Shown: one piece after another, positions 1-10,291 of the stretch
How positions within the stretch are numbered: the stretch's first letter is position 1
Layout: the number at the start of each line of letters is the position of its first letter
Assembly: GCA_003139775.1 (NCBI GenBank)
Contig: PLGI01000075.1
Span: 1-57,491, forward strand
Reading direction: 5' to 3'
Length of the DNA stretch: 57,491 bases
Source of the DNA: Syntrophaceae bacterium
Lineage (GTDB): Bacteria > Desulfobacterota > Syntrophia > Syntrophales > Smithellaceae
The notes under the pieces: model-generated
The model's database searches: none
Told to the model about the DNA's origin: nothing
What the model saw: the letters and a program-made list of their open reading frames with translations, nothing else
Made by a program: the position numbers and the translations under genes

Positions 1-125
1 CAGCTCTCTACTCTACTGAAAGATTCAAGTATTCTTTAGTCTTGAGTTTAGTCAGAACTTAATAGGATTTATACGACGAGATTGCCTCGGTCGTTTCCCT
101 CCCTCGCAAAAACACTTGTTATTCT

Positions 126-2309
126 CTATTCGTTCATCACGGTGACTTTTGCTCTAGCTTCGTCGCTCAAATAATTCCATAAGCCGATTTTTTTGAGGGT
201 CTCGACCTTCGGAATACCAGCCGTGTTCCAGCCGCGCTGCGCGTAATAGACGCCGATCAGTTTCTTCAATTCTTCTTTGCGATGCTTCATCAGAATTATC
301 CGCTTTTCGAAGGTTGGCATTTTCTGAATTTCATCAAGCGGCTTATTCAGGATGGAGCTGAGTTGCCCGTCATTATAATCTTTCTCTTTCTCATAAAGGG
401 CATCTTCCGTGGGACCAATCGCCCTGTCCGGAATCCAGTCGTGTTCGCCTGTAGTTCTTTCATAGGCCATCATGTTCATTATTCGCTGTAAATTAATATC
501 GCGGTCAGTCTGTTCGAATATCTGTTCCCAAGTCATATTTGTACCCAGCATACCGTTATAGAAATCAGCGTAGATTTCCTGAGAGGCGGGATTAATGTAG
601 ATGTCCGTATTCTTACGATTGCCGGAATCGGGATTGAACACATCCACCCACGGCAGTTTGCACAAGCCCAGATTATCATTGCCCAGACGCACGCGCGGAT
701 AAGTTATAAGCGCCTGTGCCTTGGCCTCAAAGGTTGGAAACGCGCCCAGCAAATCAACCTTGACGAGCCAGGCGGCGGCATGATGCGCGCCGATATCGCT
801 GGCCGCCGCGTAAGAGGCCTGCATGGATAGAGACCTATGTGTCCGGTAAAGTGAAAAAGGCAGACCTTTGGTCTGCATGGCGAATTGTTCCAGTTCCTTA
901 CGGGGATTGGATTTGCCGGTTCGGTCAGAGTATCGTTTACCAATCCAGTTGATAAGTTCAGTCATGCCCAAGCCCGCAATGCTGGTGAGCGCCGTTTTAC
1001 GGTAAGCAAGATCATGGATAAATTGCAGCGCGGCCTGTTCATCGCCCCACTTAAGTTCAAAATCATCCGTGTCTTCTTTTGTCAGATAAGCGCGCTGGTA
1101 GCATTCCATGACAAAGGCCATGATTACCGCGGTGGTGATGGTATCTATTCCATAATTATCGCAGTGCCAGTTGGCTTCCATGATAAATTCCGGATTCCAC
1201 ATCCCCAGGTTGGAACCGAAGCCGGCTGCTGTTTCGTATTCGGGGCCGTCAACCCATACCTTATTGCCTTTGCGCTCTCCGGAAACCAGAGTTACCCAGC
1301 CGCCCTTGGTGCATCTCAGGTTACATCCGGGAAAACAGCCGTCCATGCCGCGGTGATCAAAAAGATGTTCAGCAAAATTTTTCCCGCAGATTTGTCCCGC
1401 CCGCGGGTCTGAACCATACTGGTAATTATTTACAGGCAGTGATTGGTAATCGTCCTTATTCATAAAAGCAATGAGCCCCGCCGATCCTTTGCGGTACATC
1501 TTGAGCGACTGGGGATCTACTTCTTTGACAACCTTGTGCAGTTTTGTGCCGGACTGTTTTACTTTCTCCCAATCCGCCGCCCCGTAAGGATTTTCGCCAT
1601 GCGGAAAGCCGGAAAGCACGACAATCGCCCGGATATTTTTATTAATCATTACCGTGCCTAAGCCAGTGCGTCCGGCCTGCTTGGTCCTGAATAACCCTTT
1701 TGTGCCATCGACAGGTTTTGCGGCATCATAGTAATGGCTGTTGATGCAGCCGTATATGGTATTGGCGGCGCCAATGCCCGTAGTCAGAAAAACGATGTCT
1801 TTCTTTTCATGACCTTCCTGAAGAAACTTCTCGACGATTGCTCTTTCCAAATCGAAGACGTGATCAATCGCCGGCGCTGCGGTGATGTATATCTCGTTTT
1901 TAAAATCGTCGATGACAATCATGGCGTTGGTTGCGCTGATGCCTGTGATTTGGAGGGCGTCAAAACCGGCATATTTCAAATAAGCGCCGAAATGCCCGCC
2001 GAAGTTCGAAACACCCGGAATGTGTGTCAGAGGTGATAATGAAATGGCCATGCATTTGCTGGTTCCCGGAAATTGCGGAATACCGCCCAGTGGTCCCGGA
2101 GAAAAAATCAGCGGATTTTCCGCGTCGTCGGCTTTAGTTTTGGCGTTAATTTTTTTGTGCAAAAGATAAAGCCCCAAGCCCCGGCCGCCAATGAAGAAAT
2201 CTCGAATCTGCTCATCAAGCGGCTGCGGATTGATTTTACCGCTTTCCAAATCAATGGTCAGAATCTGGTTGGCATAACCATGAATAAGCGGCATTTTTGT
2301 ATATTTCAT
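126..2309 (-). CDS. Aldehyde:ferredoxin oxidoreductase family (W/Mo-pterin) protein
   Basis: 727 aa; AOR motifs FFIGGRGLG, SPLT..SNFGGHFGAYLKYAGFDA, QAGRTGLGTVM, CFPGCNLRC, DGPEYET, GIDTI, YYAQRGW..GIP. Confidence 0.9.
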   Translation of the reverse strand: MKYTKMPLIHGYANQILTIDLESGKINPQPLDEQIRDFFIGGRGLGLYLLHKKINAKTKADDAENPLIFSPGPLGGIPQFPGTSKCMAISLSPLTHIPGVSNFGGHFGAYLKYAGFDALQITGISATNAMIVIDDFKNEIYITAAPAIDHVFDLERAIVEKFLQEGHEKKDIVFLTTGIGAANTIYGCINSHYYDAAKPVDGTKGLFRTKQAGRTGLGTVMINKNIRAIVVLSGFPHGENPYGAADWEKVKQSGTKLHKVVKEVDPQSLKMYRKGSAGLIAFMNKDDYQSLPVNNYQYGSDPRAGQICGKNFAEHLFDHRGMDGCFPGCNLRCTKGGWVTLVSGERKGNKVWVDGPEYETAAGFGSNLGMWNPEFIMEANWHCDNYGIDTITTAVIMAFVMECYQRAYLTKEDTDDFELKWGDEQAALQFIHDLAYRKTALTSIAGLGMTELINWIGKRYSDRTGKSNPRKELEQFAMQTKGLPFSLYRTHRSLSMQASYAAASDIGAHHAAAWLVKVDLLGAFPTFEAKAQALITYPRVRLGNDNLGLCKLPWVDVFNPDSGNRKNTDIYINPASQEIYADFYNGMLGTNMTWEQIFEQTDRDINLQRIMNMMAYERTTGEHDWIPDRAIGPTEDALYEKEKDYNDGQLSSILNKPLDEIQKMPTFEKRIILMKHRKEELKKLIGVYYAQRGWNTAGIPKVETLKKIGLWNYLSDEARAKVTVMNE

Positions 2310-2462
2310 GCTCTATTCCTCTAAAAAATAATTGGTGCACGTTAGAGTAATATTCAAGAAAAATCAATAATAAAAAGAGCGTAAGACTGTTCTTTTCCTA
2401 TGATGCTCATAACGATTACATGCAATATTATTCTGCTACGGTCCACTGAAAGTTTATTGACA

Positions 2463-2491
2463 TTGACATACCTGTCTTTTGCTCCTATACT
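2463..2491 (+). promoter_or_regulatory. sigma70-type promoter for the SCP2/M24 genes
   Basis: TTGACA-17 nt-TATACT. Confidence 0.7.
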
Positions 2492-2614
2492 TTTAAAAGT
2501 AAAAGATGTTTGTTATCAAATCGTTGTTTAGAAGGAAGCGCAACTCGTAAATTAAATCTATAAGGACGGCATATCCATGCCGCCCAACAACAAAACAAAG
2601 CAGGAGGTATAAGC

Positions 2615-3016
2615 ATGTCCGAATTACACGCCTATTTAGGCCCATCATGGCGCGATGAAGCGATCAAAAGACTCCAGACGGAACTCACCCCGGAAAAAAT
2701 GAATAAGGTCACAACGTCAATGTCCAACATTTATAAAAACTGTCCCGGCGGGACGGAAATGTTTCTATTTGTTGAATGCAAAGACGGGAAAGTAACCAGG
2801 GTAGAAACGGGGACCGGCGAGCCTCCCAAGGCTGAATTTTTAATTATTGGCAATTATGAAACTTTCGCCAGAATTTCCCGCGCGGAACTTGGCGCGCAGA
2901 AGGCCCTGATGACCGGAAAACTTAAACTTAAAGGTAATCTGGCCAAAGCTCTCAAACTAGCGGCCGTGTCAGACCGTATGAATAAAGTTCTGGCCCAGAT
3001 ACCCACTCAGTATTAA
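2615..3016 (+). CDS. SCP2 sterol/lipid-binding domain protein
   Basis: 133 aa with the SCP2 C-terminal signature ALMTGKLKLKGNLAKALKL; strong RBS GGAGG. Confidence 0.85.
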   Translation: MSELHAYLGPSWRDEAIKRLQTELTPEKMNKVTTSMSNIYKNCPGGTEMFLFVECKDGKVTRVETGTGEPPKAEFLIIGNYETFARISRAELGAQKALMTGKLKLKGNLAKALKLAAVSDRMNKVLAQIPTQY

Positions 3017-3029
3017 AAGGAGACTAGAT

Positions 3030-4253
3030 ATGACCAGAATATTAGATCCCAAGGATAAGTATTATATCGACAACCCGGGGCGCGTTAAAGCGATTCAGAA
3101 AGAGATGCATAAACGGGGTATTGATGTGTATCTCGGCTCGCGCATACGGACAATGAGTTTTGTGATGGATACTTTCTGCCCCTGGCGCAGCTATTTAATA
3201 ATTCCGCCGGAAGGACAGCCGACGTATTTTACGTTTGTCGTTGACTCAATGCGCGTGGGTGATGAGACATGGCTCGACAGCGATCACGTTCGCGCCTATG
3301 GCCCGATGGGCGGTATGGATCAGGTTTCCGCAATAACTGATTACATTAAAGAAGAAGTTGGCATTACAAAAGGACGTATAGGCTATGAGGATGGAATTTC
3401 CACTTACACGGCAGAAGGAAATCTAACACATTGGGAATATACTCATTTTAAAGACGCGCTTCCCGGTTTTGAGTGGGTAAACTCGCATGACATTATTGAC
3501 GTTCTTTCTCTAATCAAAGACAAGGGCACAATTGAACGTTTCCGTACTGCTTCGCTCATTGTTGACGAAGGACACAAGGCGGCGCGTGCGGCGCTGGAAC
3601 ATGGCGGCTACAAAGGAATGACGGAAACCGTGATTGCAGGCATCGCCGCTCTGGCGATGCGCAGGGCGGGCAGTGTGTCGGAGTGGAATTTTGCAGGGCT
3701 TAATGAAATTTCCAGCGGATTCCGCACGGGATTAGGCGCGTGTACGCCTCCGACAACCAAAGAGATTAAAGCAGGCGAACCGCTGATGCTGGATTTTCAC
3801 GCGATGTTTAAACTGGCGCTGGGCGACCACTCGCACAATTATTTGATCGGGCCCGCGACAAAACGTCAGCGCTGGCACGCGGATAATTTTGTCGCAATTG
3901 TTCAGAAAGTGATTGATAATTATCGCGCCGGGACAACACCCGGAACGCTTGCCGCAATGATGATGGATTTTGCAGAATCGCGCGGATGCGGCGACTTCAT
4001 CCAGCCTGCTTGCGAACACGGCATCGGTCTTTTCGGCGATGAGTGGCGTATCGGCGCAATCGTCAATCCCGACCTTCCCTACTGGACTGATCAGGATCAC
4101 GTATATCAGGAAAATGAAATGGTCGTCTGCGCGATGCAGTATGCCGCGCCGGAAGAGAATATCGGATTCCGCTATGAAAATGATATTGTTATCATCAAAG
4201 GCGGCTGTGAGATTTTATCAAAATATCCGCTCGGTATTGAAGAAATTTCATAA
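3030..4253 (+). CDS. M24 (Xaa-Pro peptidase/creatinase-fold) hydrolase
   Basis: Creatinase-like N-terminal domain; C-terminal pita-bread motifs LMLD..GD, HGIG, GFRYENDIVI. Confidence 0.8.
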   Translation: MTRILDPKDKYYIDNPGRVKAIQKEMHKRGIDVYLGSRIRTMSFVMDTFCPWRSYLIIPPEGQPTYFTFVVDSMRVGDETWLDSDHVRAYGPMGGMDQVSAITDYIKEEVGITKGRIGYEDGISTYTAEGNLTHWEYTHFKDALPGFEWVNSHDIIDVLSLIKDKGTIERFRTASLIVDEGHKAARAALEHGGYKGMTETVIAGIAALAMRRAGSVSEWNFAGLNEISSGFRTGLGACTPPTTKEIKAGEPLMLDFHAMFKLALGDHSHNYLIGPATKRQRWHADNFVAIVQKVIDNYRAGTTPGTLAAMMMDFAESRGCGDFIQPACEHGIGLFGDEWRIGAIVNPDLPYWTDQDHVYQENEMVVCAMQYAAPEENIGFRYENDIVIIKGGCEILSKYPLGIEEIS

Positions 4254-4258
4254 ACCAG

Positions 4259-4298
4259 CTTTGCCTTCCGGCGCACCGCATTGCGCTGGAAGGCAAAG
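4259..4298. terminator. Strong stem-loop after the M24 gene
   Basis: CTTTGCCTTCCGGCGCA / TGCGCTGGAAGGCAAAG inverted repeat; weak U-tract on the + strand. Confidence 0.5.
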
Positions 4299-4473
4299 AA
4301 AATATTTTTCGGATTTACTCTGATAACCTAAATAACCTTATACTCTGAATAACCGAATGCCCTACAGGGCACACGAGTTCACTTTGTCACGCGAGAGCAC
4401 AGCGCCAACAGTTTGCGGATTCCGGTCAGGTAATGACAAATAATTGTCTCTGTTCCAGAAGGGTGATCTTATT

Positions 4474-5109
4474 TTGGAGAAATATTCTTTATTACAAAAC
4501 ATACTTTTAGGGTTAACACTTGCGGCGCCGATCGGACCGGTAAATCTGGAAATTATCAAACGCGGCCTTAATTCGGGATTTAAGCAGGCATTTTTCACAG
4601 GCACAGGCGCTATGTGCGCCGACACCACCTATCTGATTTTAATATTTTTCGGCCTCACTTCTTTCTTTAATATCGCCTTTATGAAAATTTTATTAGGCGT
4701 GGCCGGAAGCTTTATTTTAATTTATCTGGGTTTAGTCAGCGCAAAAGAGTTTTTCCGTAAAACCGCCATTGTAGAAAATCATCCGCGGCGAATTTTCACG
4801 AGCCCCTTTGTCACCGGCTACGTTCTGGCCATCTCCAGCCCGATGACCCTTGTCTGGTGGACCGGAGTTTTCGGAGCCCTGCTTGCTTCGCAAACCAACA
4901 CGCAAACAAGTTTATCCGCATTTTTGTCGTGCCTTTCGATTTTGCTGGGTTGTTTTATCTGGGTGTGCTTTCTCGCCATCGCTTTGCACCGGGGCAAGAA
5001 AATAATCAACGAAAAAATAGTGGGATTTATTTCTCTGGTCGCCGGAATTTTTCTAACGGTGTTCGGAATTTATTTTTTATACCGGACAGTATCTCTGATT
5101 ATAAATTAA
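4474..5109 (+). CDS. LysE family amino-acid exporter
   Basis: GLTLAAPIGPVN and GYVLAISSPMTLVWW motifs, multiple TM segments; probable TTG start at 4474 (ORF is open from 4444). Confidence 0.85.
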   Translation: MEKYSLLQNILLGLTLAAPIGPVNLEIIKRGLNSGFKQAFFTGTGAMCADTTYLILIFFGLTSFFNIAFMKILLGVAGSFILIYLGLVSAKEFFRKTAIVENHPRRIFTSPFVTGYVLAISSPMTLVWWTGVFGALLASQTNTQTSLSAFLSCLSILLGCFIWVCFLAIALHRGKKIINEKIVGFISLVAGIFLTVFGIYFLYRTVSLIIN

Positions 5110-5135
5110 TAGCCCGGAACTTTGCCCGGGCTATT
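5108..5135. terminator. Hairpin between convergent lysE-like and nfnB-like genes
   Basis: AATAGCCCGG / CCGGGCTATT inverted repeat. Confidence 0.6.
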
Positions 5136-5144
5136 TGGATTAAA

Positions 5145-6560
5145 TTATTTTTTGGAAAGGTATTCGTGTATGGCGTTGGCGGCCTTACGTCCCGCGCCCA
5201 TCGCCAGAATAACCGTTGCCGCACCGGTAACAATATCGCCTCCGGCATAAATGCCTTCACGACTGGTCAGACCGGATTCATCTTTAGCCACAATGTAACC
5301 CCACTTATTGACTTCCAGTCCCTTTGTCGTTGCCGGAACAATGGGATTGGCTACCGTTCCTACGGCCACGACGACTGTATCAACATCGATCACATACTCG
5401 GAACCTTTGATAGGTTTCGGGCTTCTTCTTCCCGAAGCATCGGGCTCGCCCAATTCCATTTTAAGGCATTTCATGCCGGTTACCCAGCCATCCTTGTTTC
5501 CAATATATTCCACAGGAGCAGTCAGCATTAAAAACTCAACGCCTTCTTCCTGAGCGTGATGGACTTCTTCTTTTCTTGCCGGCATTTCCACTTCAGTGCG
5601 GCGATAAATAATCATTGCTCTTTCCGCGCCCAGTCTCAAGGCGGTACGCACTGAATCCATAGCCACATTACCGCCGCCGATAACTGCAACTCTCTTACCG
5701 CGAACGATGGGCGTATCATATTCGGGGAAGCGGTACGCTTTCATCAAATTGGAACGAGTCAGATATTCGTTAGCCGAATAAATACCGATTAAGTTTTCCC
5801 CGGGAATATTCATGAATACGGGAGCTCCGGCACCCACACCGATGAAAACAGCCTGAAAGCCCTCTTCAAAAAGCTCGTCAATTGTTTTCGTCCGGCCGAT
5901 GACATAATTGGTCTCAATCTTTACCCCTAGATTTCTCAGACCTTCCACTTCCGCTTCCACGATAGCTTTCGGCAGACGAAATTCCGGAATGCCGTACACA
6001 AGCACGCCGCCGGATTTATGCAATGCTTCAAATATGGTCACATCATATCCCAGCTTGGCGAGGTCTCCGGCAATAGTGAGTCCGGAAGGTCCGGCGCCGG
6101 CGATGGCTACTTTCTTACCGTTGGATTTAGCAACTGCCGGGACGGAAACTTTACCGCTTTTGCGTTCATAATCGGCAGCAAATCGCTCCAGCCGGCCAAT
6201 GGCCACGGGTTCGCCTTTTTTACCCAGAATGCAGGTTTTTTCACATTGATCTTCCTGAGGGCAAACACGGCCACAAACCGCCGGAAGACTGTTGGTTTCT
6301 TTCAGAACCTTTGCCGACTCGATAAAATTACCTTCGGCAATCTCTTTGATGAATTCCGGGATCTTTACGTCAACCGGACAGCCGGCGATACAAGCAGGCT
6401 TTTTGCATTGAATGCAGCGCTTTGCTTCGATGATCGCCGTTTCCTCGGTATAACCGAATGGCACTTCTTCAAAGTTCTGAATCCTTTTCTTAGGATCCTG
6501 CTCCGGCATTTTCTGACGCGGTACTTTTTCTTTCTTTTCTTTGGTTTCTTTAGTTTCCAT
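5145..6560 (-). CDS. nfnB: NADPH-dependent GltD-like subunit of electron-bifurcating transhydrogenase (NfnB/SudA)
   Basis: EAKRCIQCKKPAC..CP, CGRVCPQEDQCE, GAGPSG and GGGNVAMD motifs; directly follows an NfnA-like gene; likely ATG at 6560. Confidence 0.85.
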   Translation of the reverse strand: METKETKEKKEKVPRQKMPEQDPKKRIQNFEEVPFGYTEETAIIEAKRCIQCKKPACIAGCPVDVKIPEFIKEIAEGNFIESAKVLKETNSLPAVCGRVCPQEDQCEKTCILGKKGEPVAIGRLERFAADYERKSGKVSVPAVAKSNGKKVAIAGAGPSGLTIAGDLAKLGYDVTIFEALHKSGGVLVYGIPEFRLPKAIVEAEVEGLRNLGVKIETNYVIGRTKTIDELFEEGFQAVFIGVGAGAPVFMNIPGENLIGIYSANEYLTRSNLMKAYRFPEYDTPIVRGKRVAVIGGGNVAMDSVRTALRLGAERAMIIYRRTEVEMPARKEEVHHAQEEGVEFLMLTAPVEYIGNKDGWVTGMKCLKMELGEPDASGRRSPKPIKGSEYVIDVDTVVVAVGTVANPIVPATTKGLEVNKWGYIVAKDESGLTSREGIYAGGDIVTGAATVILAMGAGRKAANAIHEYLSKK

Positions 6561-7386
6561 CACATCCACACCTATGTTTTTCATAAGCCTCGCGCTCTGA
6601 TTCACAATAAGTCTTCAGGCGGTCGGACAGTAATTTAAAGTCAACTTCATGTCCGTCAAATTCAGGACCATCCACGCAGGTAAACTTTGTTTTGCCTCCC
6701 ACAGACACGCGGCACGCACCGCACATCCCGGTAGCATCCACCATGATTGAATTCAAGCTCACAACAGTTTTGATGCCATGCGGCTTTGTTACGTCGCAAA
6801 TCACTCTCATCATGGGAACAGGGCCAATGGCGAAAACGTGGTCAATCTTTTCACCTTTATCAATCATTTCCTGTAATACGGCGCTGACAAAGCCATGAAC
6901 TCCGTAGCTTCCGTCATCAGTAGTGACTATCAGACGATCAGAATTTTCCCCTATTTCTTTTTCCAGAATGAGTAAATCTTTGGTGCGCGAGCCGATTATC
7001 GAAATCACCTCATTGCCCGCCTTCTTCAGAGCAACTATCAGCGGATAAACAACACCGACCCCAACTCCTCCGCCGACGCAGACAACGCGTCCGAAATTTT
7101 CAATTTCCGTAGGATTTCCCAACGGTCCCTGGACATCCTGCAGCGAATCACCAGCTTTCATCTGTGATAATTTCGCCGTCGTTTTTCCGACAATCTGATA
7201 AATGATTGTCAGGGTGCCTTTTTGCGCGTCGGAGTCTACGATGGTTAGGGGAATTCTTTCACCCTTTTCATCTATTTTCAAAACGATAAACTGACCGGCT
7301 TTTCTCTTTTGCGCGATGACCGGAGCCTCAAATACCATTTTGACCACGTTCTCGGATAATTTCTTGTTTTCAACAATCTTGTTCAA
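6550..7386 (-). CDS. nfnA: NfnA/SudB-like FAD/[2Fe-2S] subunit (PyrK family)
   Basis: GERIPLTI, GGGVGVG, MVDATGMCGACRV..CVDGPEF motifs. Confidence 0.88.
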   Translation of the reverse strand: MNKIVENKKLSENVVKMVFEAPVIAQKRKAGQFIVLKIDEKGERIPLTIVDSDAQKGTLTIIYQIVGKTTAKLSQMKAGDSLQDVQGPLGNPTEIENFGRVVCVGGGVGVGVVYPLIVALKKAGNEVISIIGSRTKDLLILEKEIGENSDRLIVTTDDGSYGVHGFVSAVLQEMIDKGEKIDHVFAIGPVPMMRVICDVTKPHGIKTVVSLNSIMVDATGMCGACRVSVGGKTKFTCVDGPEFDGHEVDFKLLSDRLKTYCESEREAYEKHRCGCDGN

Positions 7387-7463
7387 CTTTCATTTCTCCT
7401 CTATTATAAAGAGTATACTTAATTATGATTTACCAAAACTATACAGCAAATCTTTAATTATCG

Positions 7464-8324
7464 TTAAAAATCGCGCGGCAGTTGATCCAGTTCCGCCAGC
7501 GAAAATACCGGACCGTCTTTACATACATACTGACTGCCGACATTGCAACGACCGCATTTACCGATACCGCACTTCATACGCATTTCCAAAGAAGTCAGAA
7601 TATTTTCCTTGGAAAAACCAAGCTCAAAGAAGACCGGCAGCGTAAACTTGATCATAATGGGCGGACCGCAGATTACGGCTACTGCATCCTTTGGAGATGG
7701 CGCGGTATCCTTGCAGACAGCCGGAACAAATCCTTCCCTGCCCTTCCAGGTTTCATTACCCTTATCCACGGTGATGATCGTCTTGATATCATCTCTTTTC
7801 TCCCATTCGGCAAGTTCGTCCTTGTAAAGGAGAAGGCCGGGATTCCTTGCGCCATAGACAACAGTAATTTCACCGAAGCGCTTACGGTTATCTTTGTACA
7901 GCATGTAATTGATCAGCGAACGCAAAGTTGTAAAGGCAAAACCACCGCCAACCACAACGATATTCTTATTCTCCAGAAATTCAATCGGCCAGGAGTTGCC
8001 CAGGGGACCACGCAAACCGATTTGAGCGCCTTCATCCAGGTCATGCAGGGCAGCGGTTACCAGACCAGGAACAATCGTTCCTGCTCTCTGAACGGTAAAT
8101 TCAACATAGCCCAGTTCTGTCGGGGAAGAGGCAATGCCGATGGGCGATTCACCTTTGCCATAAATAGACAGCTCACCAAACTGTCCGGGCGTGTATTTAA
8201 ATTTTTCTTCGTCTTCCTTGTTTAGAAAGGTAAACCGAAATGTTTTGATATCGTTGGTATCAACTTCGTTGGTGATCTTGGCGATCTGAACCGGCATAGG
8301 TATGTAGGGGTTGTTATCTGACAT
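7464..8324 (-). CDS. flxA: FlxA/AsrB-like FAD/NAD-binding oxidoreductase
   Basis: PGQF, RGPLGN, GGG, CGPPIM, MKCGIGKCGRC..CKDGPVF motifs. Confidence 0.8.
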   Translation of the reverse strand: MSDNNPYIPMPVQIAKITNEVDTNDIKTFRFTFLNKEDEEKFKYTPGQFGELSIYGKGESPIGIASSPTELGYVEFTVQRAGTIVPGLVTAALHDLDEGAQIGLRGPLGNSWPIEFLENKNIVVVGGGFAFTTLRSLINYMLYKDNRKRFGEITVVYGARNPGLLLYKDELAEWEKRDDIKTIITVDKGNETWKGREGFVPAVCKDTAPSPKDAVAVICGPPIMIKFTLPVFFELGFSKENILTSLEMRMKCGIGKCGRCNVGSQYVCKDGPVFSLAELDQLPRDF

Positions 8325-8361
8325 CTTTTTTCCTCAAAAATGTTTTTTCAATACACGCAAC

Positions 8362-9399
8362 TTATAGTTTCAGCGCTTCTTCGACAATCGAATATATATC
8401 GATGTTGACCGGGCAAGAACGCGTGCAGCGTCCGCAGCCAACACAAGAAATTACGCCGTACTTTTTCACATGATATGAATATTTGTGATTTATCTTCTGC
8501 CTTAACCTCTGATAAACCTGTGTTCTGGGATTATGGCCGCTCGCTTCCAGTGTGAAATCGGTAAACATACAGGCATCCCACACTCTGCGCCTCGTACCTT
8601 TGCCGAAGATCGTATCATCACAAATGTCAAAGCAATAGCAGTTCGGGCAGACAAAAGTGCAGGCGCCGCAGCTCAGGCATGCTGATGAAACTTTTGTCCA
8701 GAAATCGTTGTTATTAAAAACGGCTTCCAATTTCTTGGCAATGACATCCTGATCGATGCACAGGAAACGAGTTTTATACTCTTTACCCTTTTTAAGAGTT
8801 TCTTCATAATATTTCTCATCATCTTTTCCCGCATCAACAAGAGTATTGAGTTGGGCGAGAAGTTCCTCACCTTTGGGAGTGATGCCTTTGAGCAACAAAT
8901 CTTTATCTTTCTTCACCATAAAGATATCGCTGCCTTCGGGATCAGCGGCATAGATGCCCAGCGAATTATAAAAATCGGCTGCATCAACCGGCTGATTCAA
9001 ATCGTAGGCATAACCGAAAATGGTTGTTGCTTTTCTTCTTTGGCTCCAATAGGGATCAATAATTCCCGCGGCATTGAAATGAATATCCATAATGGAAAAA
9101 CTCTTAACATCGCAGGGACGTACTCCAAACAGAAACACGGGTTTGGAATCCACCTTTATCTGTTCGGCTTCCGTAATGGTCTTGCCTATCTTATATTTGA
9201 TAAAATCTTCCTTGGGGGGAAAAAACGCTCCCTTCGGACTTATGATGGTATTGTAGAAATTCAGATCAACCTTTTGCGGATCATTAATCTCCGCAAAGTT
9301 ATGTCCGGCAACTTCCTTGACGGGAGCCAGAAGCGTCCCCTTTTCCATCAGCACGGCCGCCAGTTGGGATATTTTTTCTATTGCTGTTTTTTTCAACAC
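8362..9399 (-). CDS. flxB: FlxB/AsrA-like 4Fe-4S protein
   Basis: GVRPCD, CLSCGACTFVCPNCYCF, CVGCGRCTRSCP motifs. Confidence 0.8.
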   Translation of the reverse strand: MLKKTAIEKISQLAAVLMEKGTLLAPVKEVAGHNFAEINDPQKVDLNFYNTIISPKGAFFPPKEDFIKYKIGKTITEAEQIKVDSKPVFLFGVRPCDVKSFSIMDIHFNAAGIIDPYWSQRRKATTIFGYAYDLNQPVDAADFYNSLGIYAADPEGSDIFMVKKDKDLLLKGITPKGEELLAQLNTLVDAGKDDEKYYEETLKKGKEYKTRFLCIDQDVIAKKLEAVFNNNDFWTKVSSACLSCGACTFVCPNCYCFDICDDTIFGKGTRRRVWDACMFTDFTLEASGHNPRTQVYQRLRQKINHKYSYHVKKYGVISCVGCGRCTRSCPVNIDIYSIVEEALKL

Positions 9400-9413
9400 A
9401 AACCGCTCCTTAA

Positions 9414-10277
9414 TTATTCCAAAATTTTATCGGAATCTTCAACCCGAAAATTAACCAGAACGGGCTTATCTTCTATACTCATACCGGACACCTGATTAAA
9501 CATCTCCTCGCATTCCTTGGCCACTTTCTTATGGAAAAGGTATAGGGGAATATCCACCGGGCAAGCGCGTGAACACTCGCCGCAGTCGATACAACGTCCT
9601 GCCAGATGATGAAAACGTGTCAGATGATACATTATATTACCGGGAGACTGCGGCGCCTTGTCCGCCCATTTGGGTTTGTTCTGATCAATAAAACAGGGAT
9701 CACAATAACACATCGGACAGGCTTTACGACACGCATAACAACGAATACATTTATCAAATTGATCCTTCCAGAATTGCCAGCGAGCGTCTTTGTCCATTGC
9801 TTCATACTCGGCCAAGACATCGTAGGGCGAAACAATCTTCTGTCCGTGTACCTCTTCACCCAGTAAAACATCGTACAAAACAGGATTATGCATGCCGCAC
9901 GTGGTCTTGCTGTCAATCACTTCGTCTGTTTTGGGATTTTTCATCCCGATGACGGGAATTCCCAGCAGCACCAGATTTTCTTTCTTGATTTTTTCTTCCT
10001 GAATTAACTGAATGACCGCACGGCTGTCGGCTGCCTTAACGGCGATAGCAATTTTTGTCCCCTGCGGGTAACGAACAAGATAGCGGGCCATGTTATAATT
10101 GCAGTATTCATTGAATACAATATTATCGACATCCGCAACGCTTTTCGCGGCAAAGGGCATCGGATGCTTTTCATCGAAGCCTTTTCCATAAGCCAGCACC
10201 ACGGTTACTTCGCCGGACTCCAATAACCTTTTTGCTTCCTTCTTTAAATTTTCTTCGATTTTTTTAAAATCAGTCAT
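9414..10277 (-). CDS. flxC: FlxC/FdhB-like 4Fe-4S protein
   Basis: CIRCYACRKACPMCYC and AGRCIDCGECSRACP motifs; likely ATG at 10277. Confidence 0.75.
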   Translation of the reverse strand: MTDFKKIEENLKKEAKRLLESGEVTVVLAYGKGFDEKHPMPFAAKSVADVDNIVFNEYCNYNMARYLVRYPQGTKIAIAVKAADSRAVIQLIQEEKIKKENLVLLGIPVIGMKNPKTDEVIDSKTTCGMHNPVLYDVLLGEEVHGQKIVSPYDVLAEYEAMDKDARWQFWKDQFDKCIRCYACRKACPMCYCDPCFIDQNKPKWADKAPQSPGNIMYHLTRFHHLAGRCIDCGECSRACPVDIPLYLFHKKVAKECEEMFNQVSGMSIEDKPVLVNFRVEDSDKILE

Positions 10278-10291
10278 ATTTTCTCCCAACC

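Noticed and set aside
126-2309. Calling the AOR-family gene bamB (benzoyl-CoA reductase)
   Set aside because: There is no adjacent bamC-like ferredoxin gene and I cannot confirm BamB-specific residues; it needs a phylogeny.
4360-4445. Possible riboswitch upstream of the LysE gene (GAGAG..CGCC..TCAGG resembles a glycine aptamer)
   Set aside because: The core GCCGAAG and CTCTCAGG are missing, and the 3' part (GGATTCC..AATGACAA) matches the REP-like palindrome family; an Rfam scan would settle it.
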